A stretch of 64,000 bases of DNA from Candidatus Lustribacter sp. (GTDB lineage: Bacteria > Vulcanimicrobiota > Vulcanimicrobiia > Vulcanimicrobiales > Vulcanimicrobiaceae), in contig OZ255842.1 of NCBI GenBank assembly GCA_965277805.1, forward strand, positions 1,056,001-1,120,000. The letters are read 5' to 3'. The translations under genes and the position numbers were made by a program. Positions 44,302 through 53,512 of this stretch are shown one piece after another (the stretch's first letter is position 1; every line of letters begins with the position of its first letter). The notes beneath the pieces were generated by a model. The model was not told the origin of the DNA, searched no databases, and saw only the letters and a program-made list of their open reading frames with translations.

Positions 44302-45666
44302 CTACTCAAGGGTCATCAGATCGTCGAGCAGACGGTAGTCCGGCAGCGTCGTGTCGATCGGGCGGCCGTTGCGGATGACCACGCGGTCCCATTGGTGACG
44401 CGCGAGTAATTCGGAATAATTCCGCGCCCGCAGCACGATCACATCGGCCGGCATTCCCACGCGCAGCGTTCCGCGTTCGGGCAGTCCCATGATCGAGGCC
44501 GGCGTCTCCGTCGCAACCTTGATCCAATCGCCGATTGGGTGATCGAGGTGCATGATCTTCACGGCTTGCGTGAACGTATCGAGCATGTCGTGATCGCCGT
44601 AGGCGTTGAACGGGTCGCGGGCGTTGTCGCCGGCGACGGCCACCTGCAAGCCGCGGGCTTTCATCTCGTGGAGCGGCGCCGTGCCGCGCCAGCGCGGGGT
44701 CACGTTCGCCTGACGGCCTTGCAGGTACATGTTCACGGTTGGCAGGCTCACGACGTCGATGCCGGCGTCGAAGCAGGCATCGAGCGTCGCCGTGATGCGT
44801 TCGTCCGTTTGCAGCGCGAGAGAACAGCAGTGGCCGCAGAGAATCTTGCCGTTGAAGCCGACCTGCTGCGCGAGCTGAGCGATGCGAATCAGCGAGAGCG
44901 TTTCGATGTCCCCGGTTTCGTCGACGTGCAGGTCGACGTTCAGTCCGCGCTCGCGGGCGAGGGCGAACACGTTCGTCATCGCCTGGTCGAATTCGGGCGT
45001 GCCGGGCACGTTGGGAAGACCGCGGAAGATCGTCGCGCAGCCGAGGACGCCGCCCGACTCCGCAACGATATCGGCGAGTGCTCGGCCTTCATCGGTGAGA
45101 AAAATGTCGAGCGGCGCGATCGATGAGGCTTGCAGATCGATGCGCCCGGTCCAACGCTCGCGGGCTTCGGCGAAGACCGGGAACGAGATGGCGGCTTGGG
45201 GTGCGAGCGAGTCGAGGTGCGTGCGGATCGCGACGACGCCGTGCGCATAGGCGGTTGCGAGGCCGAAATCCATGCGGCGCTGTACGTCGTCGGCGTTCCA
45301 GCGTGATTGCCGGTCTTCGCCCGTGGCGCTCGTTGCGCCCATTGGATCGCGCGTGGGGTTGGGTTTGCGCGGCCAGATGTGGCCCTTGTCGAGGTGCGTA
45401 TGGCAGTCGATCAAGCCGGGGAGGACCATCGATGCGTCGAGGTCGGGGCCGAGTTCCGGCGGTAGCGTGCCGGCGGGCTCGATTGCGGCGATGCGGCCGT
45501 TTTCGATGAGGAGATCGATGCGGCGGAGTTCGGGATCGTGGCGGTCCCTCGACATGCTCGGGATGACACTAACATCAACATTAACGCCAAGCAGACATGC
45601 GGGGGCGGTTAGGTTGCGTAGGGCGTAGCGTGGGGTGGGGGGGATCGTGAAGAAGGGGTCGGGCAT
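44302..45666 (-). CDS. Cytosine deaminase-like amidohydrolase
   Basis: DCHTHLDKGH, AIRTHLD, DLHVDET, GHCCSL, SLPTVN, DNARDPF; ATG 45666 overlaps the upstream TAA. Confidence 0.88.
   Translation of the reverse strand: MPDPFFTIPPTPRYALRNLTAPACLLGVNVDVSVIPSMSRDRHDPELRRIDLLIENGRIAAIEPAGTLPPELGPDLDASMVLPGLIDCHTHLDKGHIWPRKPNPTRDPMGATSATGEDRQSRWNADDVQRRMDFGLATAYAHGVVAIRTHLDSLAPQAAISFPVFAEARERWTGRIDLQASSIAPLDIFLTDEGRALADIVAESGGVLGCATIFRGLPNVPGTPEFDQAMTNVFALARERGLNVDLHVDETGDIETLSLIRIAQLAQQVGFNGKILCGHCCSLALQTDERITATLDACFDAGIDVVSLPTVNMYLQGRQANVTPRWRGTAPLHEMKARGLQVAVAGDNARDPFNAYGDHDMLDTFTQAVKIMHLDHPIGDWIKVATETPASIMGLPERGTLRVGMPADVIVLRARNYSELLARHQWDRVVIRNGRPIDTTLPDYRLLDDLMTLE
45538..45568 (-). repeat. 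REP-like repeat inside the cytosine deaminase reading frame
   Basis: Reverse complement TGTCATCCCGAGCATGTCGAGGGACCGCCAC, translated as VIPSMSRDRH. Confidence 0.75.
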
Positions 45667-46439
45667 TAGGCTTCTCGCTGCACGGCGCTCTCGTGCCAGC
45701 GCCGGAGCGCGAGGTGCGAGATGATCGTTAGGGATAGGAAGATGGCGATGCCGCAGAGCGAGATGAGCGCGAGCGCGGCGAACATTCGCGGGATGTTGAG
45801 TTGATCGCCGGCCTCGAGGATGCGGAACGCGAGGCCCGACTTTGTTCCGCCGGAACCGGCGACGAACTCCGCGACCACGGCACCGATGAGCGCGAGGCCG
45901 CCGGAGATGCGCAGACCGGCCAGAAAATACGGCATTGCTGCGGGCAAGCGCAAGAAGAGCAGCGTTTGCCAGCGGCTTGCACGGTAGAGCGCGAAGAGGT
46001 CGACGAGATTGTGGTCGGCCGAATTCAAGCCGGTCGTCGTGTTCGAGAGGATCGGGAAGAAGGCGACGAGCCACGCGCAGATCAGCAGTGCGACGCTGCT
46101 GTTCTTCGCCCAGATGATGATCAGCGGCGCAATCGCCACTACCGGCGTGACTTGCAAGACCACCGCGTACGGGAAGAAGGCGCGTTCGGTCCACTTCGAC
46201 TGCGCGAACACGATTGCGAGCGCGAGCCCGATCACGACGGCTAACCCGAGGGCTTCGAGCGTGATCGAGAGCGTCGTCCACAGCGACGCCGAGAGCATCC
46301 CCCAGTCGCGAACGAGCGCCACGGCAATGAGCGACGGCGGCGGCAGCACGTACGGCGGAATACGGTCGACCGCAACGATGCTTTGCCAGAGTGCCAAGAG
46401 CGTGACGCCCAACGCGACCGGCGCGATTGCATTCCGCAT
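45666..46439 (-). CDS. ABC transporter permease (SsuC/TauC-like)
   Basis: QVTPVVAIAPL, FFPI, LPAAMP, GAVVAEF motifs. Confidence 0.9.
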   Translation of the reverse strand: MRNAIAPVALGVTLLALWQSIVAVDRIPPYVLPPPSLIAVALVRDWGMLSASLWTTLSITLEALGLAVVIGLALAIVFAQSKWTERAFFPYAVVLQVTPVVAIAPLIIIWAKNSSVALLICAWLVAFFPILSNTTTGLNSADHNLVDLFALYRASRWQTLLFLRLPAAMPYFLAGLRISGGLALIGAVVAEFVAGSGGTKSGLAFRILEAGDQLNIPRMFAALALISLCGIAIFLSLTIISHLALRRWHESAVQREA

Positions 46440-47041
46440 CAGAGCGCGCAGACGTCCATGGTGGCTTCGAGCGCGGCCGACACCCGTTCGCAGTGTTTGG
46501 CATACACAGCCGACGTGCGGTACGCCGATGAGCGCGGATAGCGTTCGCCCACCACGATGTCCGCGGCAATGCGGCCGGGCCGTGGTGCGAGCACGACGAT
46601 GCGCTGCGAGAGATACACGCTCTCGAACACGGAGTGGGTGACGAAGACCACCGTGAACCGGTGTTGCTGCCAGAGCGACAGCAGATCGTCGTTGAGCCGC
46701 GCGCGCGTGATCTCATCGAGCGCCGCAAACGGTTCATCCATCAGCAGAATGTCGGGACGGGTGACCAGCGCACGTGCGATCGAGACGCGCATCTTCATGC
46801 CGCCCGAGAGTTCGCGCGGATAGGCGCGCTCGAATCCGGCCAAGCCGACGGCGGCCAGCGCCGCTCGCGCGCGCTCGCGGACTTCGCCCGCGTCGATGCC
46901 GGCCAGCCGTAGCGGCAGCGCAACGTTGCGCAGCGCGCTCACCCACGGCAGCAGCGTGGGCTCCCGCTTTTGTACGGTCGCCTCATCGGTGATCGCCGGC
47001 ATGTCGCCGATGTGGCTGAGAAACGTCGTTACGTCGTTCAT
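46439..47041 (-). pseudogene. N-terminally deleted ABC ATPase (SsuB/TauB-like) fused to an unrelated N-terminus
   Basis: Has EPTLLPW, LSGGMKMR, LLMDEPF, VTH but no Walker A; first about 22 residues are not ABC-like. Confidence 0.75.
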
Positions 47042-47042
47042 C

Positions 47043-49877
47043 TTATCCACCAAGGTGGGCGCGCAGCTGCAGACGGAAGGTCTGCGGTGCGGCGGGGATC
47101 AGGAAGGGGACGCTGCTCGTCTGCTGGATTGTCGTGCCGTTGGAGCTCGAGTCGCCCGTGATCGGCACGCCCGCGTTGGGCGCGGGCAGATTGCTGCCGG
47201 TATTGTTGTTGAAGAGGTTCTGCACCGAGAACTGCAGCTCGAAGTTTTTGCCGAGGCCTTGGCGCGCGGTGAGATCCAGCACCGTGAACGGCGGCTGGTA
47301 GTACGCGTTGTTCTTGCCTTCGAAGTCGGCGCCGATTGCGGCAAAGCCGCCGTGCTTCCACGCATAGGTGAGTTGCCCATAGCCCTTGAGATACGGAATG
47401 CACGCCGCGGCGCCCGGATTGCCGGTCGCATTGCCGCACAGCTGCACGTTATCGGCCGGGAGGCCGGCGCTGCCGTTGAACGCCGAGGCCGGAATCCCCG
47501 AGAGCATCGAGCTGTCGGCGGCAACGGAGAGGTTATAGCCGAGCCCCGTCGCCGGCGCGTAGGTGTACTGCGCGGTCGCCACCTGCGCGACCAGGCGCGC
47601 CACGTTGAACGGCGCCGAGAGCCCGCGCAGGGCGGTCGATCCGTTGAACATCACCGATTGCGTGGTGACGATTTGCTGGAACACGTTGTGCACGACCGTG
47701 TTCAGCAGATCGACGCTGAGCACGCTGCCGTTGCCGAACCGGTGGTCGGCGCCGAGCGAGTACGCGATGCTCGTCTCGGGCAAGAGATTCGGATTCTTCT
47801 GCGTGACAAAGCCGCCGGTGAAGGGAAAGTTCGGTGGCGCGATCGAGGCCGGTCCGCTGACCAGGCCGATGAACGGGAACGTTTCCGACGTTCCGTACGC
47901 GGCGCGAATCGCCGTCGACGGCTCGGGCCGTAACACGAACGCCACGTGCGGATCAAATCGTGCGACGCTGCGCTGCAAACCGATCAGCGTGAGGTTGCCG
48001 AGCGCATCGACCGAGGGTTGATCGCCCGATGCGGTCCAGAGCGTGTTGTAGAGACCGGCGTCGATCGTGAGCTTCGACGTGGGATGCAGGTCGCCGGTGA
48101 GCGAGAACGTCGTGAAGCGCGTGGCCGAACCCATCGGCACCGCAAAGTTCGCCGGCGTGTCGGCATACGCGAACGTGCTCTGCCCGTGGAAGTCGTAGGT
48201 GAACGTGAGCGAGTTCAAGCCGAAAGGATGGATGTAGGTGAACGTGTTGCCGTAGAGCGTGTTCGTTTCCGACGTGCTATAGGGGAACTGATAGCACTCT
48301 TCTTGGCCGCCGACGGTCGTGATCGTGTTCGACGGGCTGTTGATCTGCTGGAAGCTCGTGCTCGTCCCCGGCGGGCACGGCGTCGCTTCGAACGCGTTCG
48401 GATTGGTCAGGCCCGTGCTCGGAATTTGCGCGCCCGGCGGCAGCGACTGCGGACCGGGATAACAGGTGACCGTCGGCGTAAGGCTCATGCACGCCGGATA
48501 GCTCGAGTTGGGCGCGAAAAACGCGGGGTAGGCGCCCTCGCCGGTGCCGTTATACGATTCCGGTTCGATGTTGCCGGCGTACGGCCGCTCGAGCAGCGTA
48601 TCGTTGCCGATCGTGGTGCGGAATTCACCCGACCAGAGCTGCTGTTTGTTCGAGATCAGCGTGCCGGGGTACCAGAAGTAGCCGGGAATCGTCTTGCCGA
48701 TGAGGTTGGCATCGGCCGGGCTCGTGCACTGCAGCGAATTGGGAATGCACGCTTCCACGAGCGTCGGCCCGTACGACTCGCCGCCGAAGTAATCTTGCGG
48801 ATCGTAGCCGCCGTACGAGCCGATGAACTCGGCCTCGAACGACGTAGCGCTCGAGAGATCGTACTTGAGTTTGTAGAGCTGACCGCGCTGGAATTGCGAG
48901 CCGCCGAGGATGCCGCAGAACGGCACGATGCCGGCGAAACCGGGCGAATTCGGCGTCGTCGCCGGATCGCTGCCGTAGACGTCGCACTCGACCTTGTTGT
49001 AGAGCGGGTTGTTCGTCCACGATGACCCGAGCGCGGCGACGTAGGAGAGGTGTCCGGTCATGCCCGAGGCGATCAGGTTCTCGTAGAGCGACCCGTATTG
49101 GTCGGCGCCCGCCGTAAACGATGCATACGGCTTGGAGGTGAATGCCGGTGTCGTAAGGTTCACTGTCCCGCCGACGGCGAGATTGGCAAACGGCGTCGTG
49201 TTGCCAGGACCGCTTTCGACTTCGGCGCCGCCCACGAGAAAAGACGGGTACTCGTGGCTCGTCCACACGCCGTATTGCCCAAGCGCGACCGGATGGCCGT
49301 CGATCAGCACTTGCGTCTCATATGGCTGCAAGCCGCCCACGACGATCGACGTGTCCAACTGCGTTCCGAGATGGAGCACGGTAACGTCCGGCACGTGCTG
49401 CAGCACGTCGGTGATCAGCGGACTGCCCGTCTGCGTGAACGCGCTGCCGGGCACGAGCGTCTGGGCTGCGGGACCGGCATTGATCGCGCTCCTGCCGGCC
49501 GTCGAGGTGACGGTGCCGATGGTGTGCAGCGAACTCAGCGATGTCTCGCTCAAACTAACCGTCAACGGCTGGGAGCCGCCGGGTGCGACAACGACGTCGT
49601 TCACCGAAGCCGCTTGATAGCCGCTGCGGTCGACCCGCACTTGGTATAATCCGGGCGCGACGTTGACCGAAAACGATCCGTCATCGGCGCTGGTCGTTGT
49701 GGCTTGTGCGGGTCCGCTGACGCTAATCTTCGCACCCGAAAGCGGCGCACCCCCGGCGGTGGTGACGGTTCCGCTGATGCTGGACGTCGCAGCTTGTGCG
49801 AGTGTTGTGGACGTCGTTCCCAAAAGGGCGATGAGGCATAGGGCGATCGTACGAAAGCCTAGCGTTGTGTAGCGCAT
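47043..49877 (-). CDS. TonB-dependent receptor with N-terminal carboxypeptidase-regulatory-like domain
   Basis: Signal peptide, ISGTVT..G.PL.GA.I, PGLY.V.V, plug VLIDGHP, NPNLLPETS, VQNLFN, C-terminal beta strand. Confidence 0.85.
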   Translation of the reverse strand: MRYTTLGFRTIALCLIALLGTTSTTLAQAATSSISGTVTTAGGAPLSGAKISVSGPAQATTTSADDGSFSVNVAPGLYQVRVDRSGYQAASVNDVVVAPGGSQPLTVSLSETSLSSLHTIGTVTSTAGRSAINAGPAAQTLVPGSAFTQTGSPLITDVLQHVPDVTVLHLGTQLDTSIVVGGLQPYETQVLIDGHPVALGQYGVWTSHEYPSFLVGGAEVESGPGNTTPFANLAVGGTVNLTTPAFTSKPYASFTAGADQYGSLYENLIASGMTGHLSYVAALGSSWTNNPLYNKVECDVYGSDPATTPNSPGFAGIVPFCGILGGSQFQRGQLYKLKYDLSSATSFEAEFIGSYGGYDPQDYFGGESYGPTLVEACIPNSLQCTSPADANLIGKTIPGYFWYPGTLISNKQQLWSGEFRTTIGNDTLLERPYAGNIEPESYNGTGEGAYPAFFAPNSSYPACMSLTPTVTCYPGPQSLPPGAQIPSTGLTNPNAFEATPCPPGTSTSFQQINSPSNTITTVGGQEECYQFPYSTSETNTLYGNTFTYIHPFGLNSLTFTYDFHGQSTFAYADTPANFAVPMGSATRFTTFSLTGDLHPTSKLTIDAGLYNTLWTASGDQPSVDALGNLTLIGLQRSVARFDPHVAFVLRPEPSTAIRAAYGTSETFPFIGLVSGPASIAPPNFPFTGGFVTQKNPNLLPETSIAYSLGADHRFGNGSVLSVDLLNTVVHNVFQQIVTTQSVMFNGSTALRGLSAPFNVARLVAQVATAQYTYAPATGLGYNLSVAADSSMLSGIPASAFNGSAGLPADNVQLCGNATGNPGAAACIPYLKGYGQLTYAWKHGGFAAIGADFEGKNNAYYQPPFTVLDLTARQGLGKNFELQFSVQNLFNNNTGSNLPAPNAGVPITGDSSSNGTTIQQTSSVPFLIPAAPQTFRLQLRAHLGG

Positions 49878-50115
49878 GAGTCCTCGTGAATGGGTGCAAA
49901 GAGGGATAACCGCAAGAAGCGGTGTGCCATTCACGCTCGGAGTGCCACCCAGAGATTGTGCCTTGCGACGCAAGCTCTCAAGCGAACAATGTATGACCGC
50001 CAGTGCGGTCAAATCCTTAAACTGGATCCGCGCTGGTCAGATAGTAGCTTCGTAGCAGACGCGAGAGCACTAGACAAATGTTTAACCTGCGAGGGTTCCG
50101 GCTCGACAGGTTGTC

Positions 50116-51210
50116 ATGTATGATGGGCTCGATATGCCCCTCACCGAAGAGAGCGCGGGCATCACCACGACCGCCTACGATGCGCTGATTCGTACGCTCC
50201 TGGGTGAAATCGCTGCAGAAGAACTCGTCGTTCATCCGAAGTTTCAGCGCAAGGTCGTGTGGGGTCGCGACCGCCAGTCGAAGCTGATCGAATCGCTGCT
50301 CCTCAACATTCCGATCCCGATCCTCTACTTCGCCGAAGACGACGATGGAACGAAAGTCGTCGTCGATGGTCAGCAGCGTCTCCGCGCGATCAGCGAATTT
50401 CACGCGGGCAGCTATGCCTTACAACGGCTCGATGTGCTGCCGGAACTCAACGGCAAGCGATGGACGGACTTGGAGCCGCGACAGTCACAAACGCTGCTCG
50501 CGCGCACCCTGCGCTGCGTCGTGATCGCGGCCTCGTCGCCGCCGACGCTGCGTTTCGAGATGTTCGAGCGCTTGAGCACGGGCGGCATGCCGCTCAACGA
50601 TCAAGAGCTGCGCAACTGCGTGTTTCGCGGCCCGTTCAACGAACTGTTGCACGACCTGGTCCGCACCGAGCCGTGGCTTTCGGCCGTGGGCAAGGAAGAT
50701 GCCGACTTGCGCATGCGGCACGAGGAACTGGCGCTGCGCTTCTTCGCGCTCGGTTCGGCGACGGCGGATTACCGGCCGCCGCTCAAAGGGATCTTCAATG
50801 AATTCATGCGTGCGAATCGCGATCCGGGTGAGGCGCGCATTCACGAGATGGGCGCCGTGTTCGAGCGCGCGCTGACGAACTGCATCTCCGTGTTCGAGCC
50901 GCATTGCTTTCGGCGCGTCGTGCAAGCCAAAGGCCGGCCCGAACGGTGGGAGCCGCACCTCAACCGCGCCGTGTTCGACGTGCAGATGCTGAGCTTGGCC
51001 GATCTTCCGGCCCAACTCGTTCGCGACAAAGCCGGCATCATCCGCGACGCGTTCGTGCGCCAAAGTCTCGCCAACGAAGCATTCCGCGACGCGATCAGCC
51101 TCGCGACCGCCGATCGCACGACGTTCTATACGCGCCTGCGCATTTGGTTGACGGCCCTAAAGGACGCCGGCATCGCTGCCCCCTTGCTCGACCGCCTCCC
51201 CGTGCTCTAG
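50116..51210 (+). CDS. DUF262 (GmrS/ParB-Srx-like) domain protein
   Basis: PKFQRKVVW, LIESLLLNIPIP, VVDGQQRL, FERL.TGG.PL..QELRN; start may be 50134. Confidence 0.85.
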   Translation: MYDGLDMPLTEESAGITTTAYDALIRTLLGEIAAEELVVHPKFQRKVVWGRDRQSKLIESLLLNIPIPILYFAEDDDGTKVVVDGQQRLRAISEFHAGSYALQRLDVLPELNGKRWTDLEPRQSQTLLARTLRCVVIAASSPPTLRFEMFERLSTGGMPLNDQELRNCVFRGPFNELLHDLVRTEPWLSAVGKEDADLRMRHEELALRFFALGSATADYRPPLKGIFNEFMRANRDPGEARIHEMGAVFERALTNCISVFEPHCFRRVVQAKGRPERWEPHLNRAVFDVQMLSLADLPAQLVRDKAGIIRDAFVRQSLANEAFRDAISLATADRTTFYTRLRIWLTALKDAGIAAPLLDRLPVL

Positions 51211-51224
51211 GATACAGAGCAGTC

Positions 51225-52229
51225 GTGCAAAAGCTCATCCTGAGGAATTTTCTCTCGCCCGGCGACATCGTGATGTTGACCGCTGCCGTGCGCGATCTGC
51301 ACGCCGCGTACCCGCGGCGCTTCATTACCGACGTGCGCACCCCGTGCCCGGCGCTCTGGGAAAACAACCCGTATCTCACGCCGCTGGCCGAAAACGATCC
51401 CGACGTGCGGCGCATCGATTGCCACTATCCGCTCATCCATCGCAGTAACCGGGCGCCCTATCACTTCTTGCACGGCTTCCTCGAGTATCTCAACGGCGAA
51501 CTCGGCCTGCAGATCAAACCCACGGCGTTCCGCGGCGATCTCCATCTCGCTCGGCCCGAACGCGTGTGGATCTCCCAGGTCGAGGAGATCGTCAAGCAGC
51601 CGGTGCCGTTCTGGATCGTCGTCGCCGGCGGCAAGCGCGACTACACGGTGAAGTGGTGGAGCGCGGAGCGCTTCCAAGAAGTCGTCGACGCCTTTCGCGG
51701 GCGCATTCAGTTCGTGCAAGTGGGGGAACGCGGGCACGACCATCCGGCGCTGCGCAACGTCATCGATCTGCGCGGGAAGACGGACCTGCGGCAGCTCGTG
51801 CGGCTCGTCCACCACTCCCAGGGCGTGTTGTGCCCCGTCACGCTTCACATGCACCTCGCTGCCGCCGTCGACGTGCGGCCCGGAATGCCGAAGAACCGGC
51901 CCTGTGTCGTCGTGGCCGGCGGACGTGAACCGCCGCATTGGGAAGCCTATCCGCATCACCAGTATCTACATCGTACCGGTGCGTTGTTGTGCTGTGACGA
52001 CGGCGGCTGCTGGAAGTCGCGCGTCGTGCCGCTCGGCGACGGCGACGAACGCGACCGGCTCGAGCACCGCTGCGTCGACGTCGTCGGCGCGCTGCCGCGC
52101 TGCATGGACCTGATTGGCGTGCCGGACGTAATCCGCGCGGTGGAATGCTACTTCGACGGCGGCGCGCTCGCGTATCTCACGCCGGCGCAAGCCGAGGCTT
52201 GCGAACGGGCCCTCGCCGTGCCGGTATGA
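51225..52229 (+). CDS. Glycosyltransferase family 9 (heptosyltransferase-like) with Cys-rich C-terminus
   Basis: SPGDIVMLT, LWENNPY, KWW, FVQVG, IDLRGKTDLRQL, MHLAAA; GTG start 14 bp after the DUF262 stop. Confidence 0.8.
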   Translation: MQKLILRNFLSPGDIVMLTAAVRDLHAAYPRRFITDVRTPCPALWENNPYLTPLAENDPDVRRIDCHYPLIHRSNRAPYHFLHGFLEYLNGELGLQIKPTAFRGDLHLARPERVWISQVEEIVKQPVPFWIVVAGGKRDYTVKWWSAERFQEVVDAFRGRIQFVQVGERGHDHPALRNVIDLRGKTDLRQLVRLVHHSQGVLCPVTLHMHLAAAVDVRPGMPKNRPCVVVAGGREPPHWEAYPHHQYLHRTGALLCCDDGGCWKSRVVPLGDGDERDRLEHRCVDVVGALPRCMDLIGVPDVIRAVECYFDGGALAYLTPAQAEACERALAVPV

Positions 52230-53434
52230 TCCAACCCACGGCAACGGCGATGCGCCGAACGGCGGTGCGCTTGCCGGTGTTCACGCACGAATCACCCGGC
52301 TTCAGCCGATTGCGTAACGCCAACGTGCTGATGTACTTCCCGCACGGCATCGGCGATTGGGTGCAAGTCTCGAGCATCATCCCGCTGCTCGAACCCTCCA
52401 ACCGCTACTTCATGACGCGCTACGGCGATGATTGCACGGCGCTCATGGATCATCACGCGCAGGTGCAGCCCGTCTACCTCGGCCTCAACGGGACGCAAAA
52501 CGGCGACGGCGCGGCCTTCGGCAACCGGCATTTCGGACTCGATTACGATTCGCTCGACGGTAGCGAACGTGAACTGCACCTGCCGGATTCGCTGGTGGAA
52601 CTCTGCCGCCGCGAACGGATCGATGCGCTCCTCTGGACGTCCTTTCCCGAAATCGGCGGCACGGTGCCGTACCCCTATCACTCGAAGGCGCGGAACATGC
52701 TGCGCTACTTGCTCACGCCGGAGCGCCGCGCGGCATGCGATCTCGGCGCGCCGCTGCCGGCCTCGATCTCGTTCGCCGTCGATCCCTTCGTGCGCGCGTG
52801 GGTGGAGTCGCGTTTGTCGAACTTGCTCGGTTTGCGCGGTCGCAAGCTCTGTCTCATCGCCCGCACCGGCTACACGTCGATCGGCAAGAATTGGGGCCAC
52901 GCGTTTCGCGAGGAGCTGCCGGCGCATAAACGGCGTGAAGGCGAAGAATGCCGCGATTTCATGCGGCTCCTGCGGCAGAAGGACCCATCGTGGATGTTCC
53001 TCGTCGCCGAAGATCGCCTGCTCGCGGGCGACGACAGCATGCGCTCGCGCGACTTGGACGCATATAGTTATGCCGAGATCTTCGGCTCGCTCGACGAACC
53101 GATGATTCCGTTCGGGCTCGTGATGAAGGTGCTGGCTCGCATCGCCCACCTCTGCGTGGGCGTCCCCGTCGGACCGTTCCACGTCTGCATGGCGAATCCC
53201 GAACTTCCCGTGGTCGGCATCTGGATCGAGCATCTGCCGAACTGGTACGAAGAGCCGCGGGCGGGAACCGTTCACGTCATCGGCCGTCACGTGCGCGATC
53301 GCGGTCTCGACCGCCGGCCGGGAAGCTTCGTCGCGAAATCGCGTTTGCAGTATCGAACGATGTACGCCGAAACGCGCGCCATCACGGGCGAGCAGGTGCT
53401 TGCCGCTACGGAGCTGCTACTCGCGAACGGATAG
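52226..53434 (+). CDS. Putative GT-B glycosyltransferase-like protein (divergent GT9)
   Basis: HGIGDWV N-terminal motif, KNW, VGVPVGPFHV (GT9 xDSGPxH-like); ATGA overlap. Confidence 0.55.
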   Translation: MIQPTATAMRRTAVRLPVFTHESPGFSRLRNANVLMYFPHGIGDWVQVSSIIPLLEPSNRYFMTRYGDDCTALMDHHAQVQPVYLGLNGTQNGDGAAFGNRHFGLDYDSLDGSERELHLPDSLVELCRRERIDALLWTSFPEIGGTVPYPYHSKARNMLRYLLTPERRAACDLGAPLPASISFAVDPFVRAWVESRLSNLLGLRGRKLCLIARTGYTSIGKNWGHAFREELPAHKRREGEECRDFMRLLRQKDPSWMFLVAEDRLLAGDDSMRSRDLDAYSYAEIFGSLDEPMIPFGLVMKVLARIAHLCVGVPVGPFHVCMANPELPVVGIWIEHLPNWYEEPRAGTVHVIGRHVRDRGLDRRPGSFVAKSRLQYRTMYAETRAITGEQVLAATELLLANG

Positions 53435-53512
53435 CGAGTCGAGAGCGCACGCAGAGCGTCGCGAGACCGGCGCCCCCTACCATCGGCCGACATTCGCCGC
53501 GTGGGAGAATCG

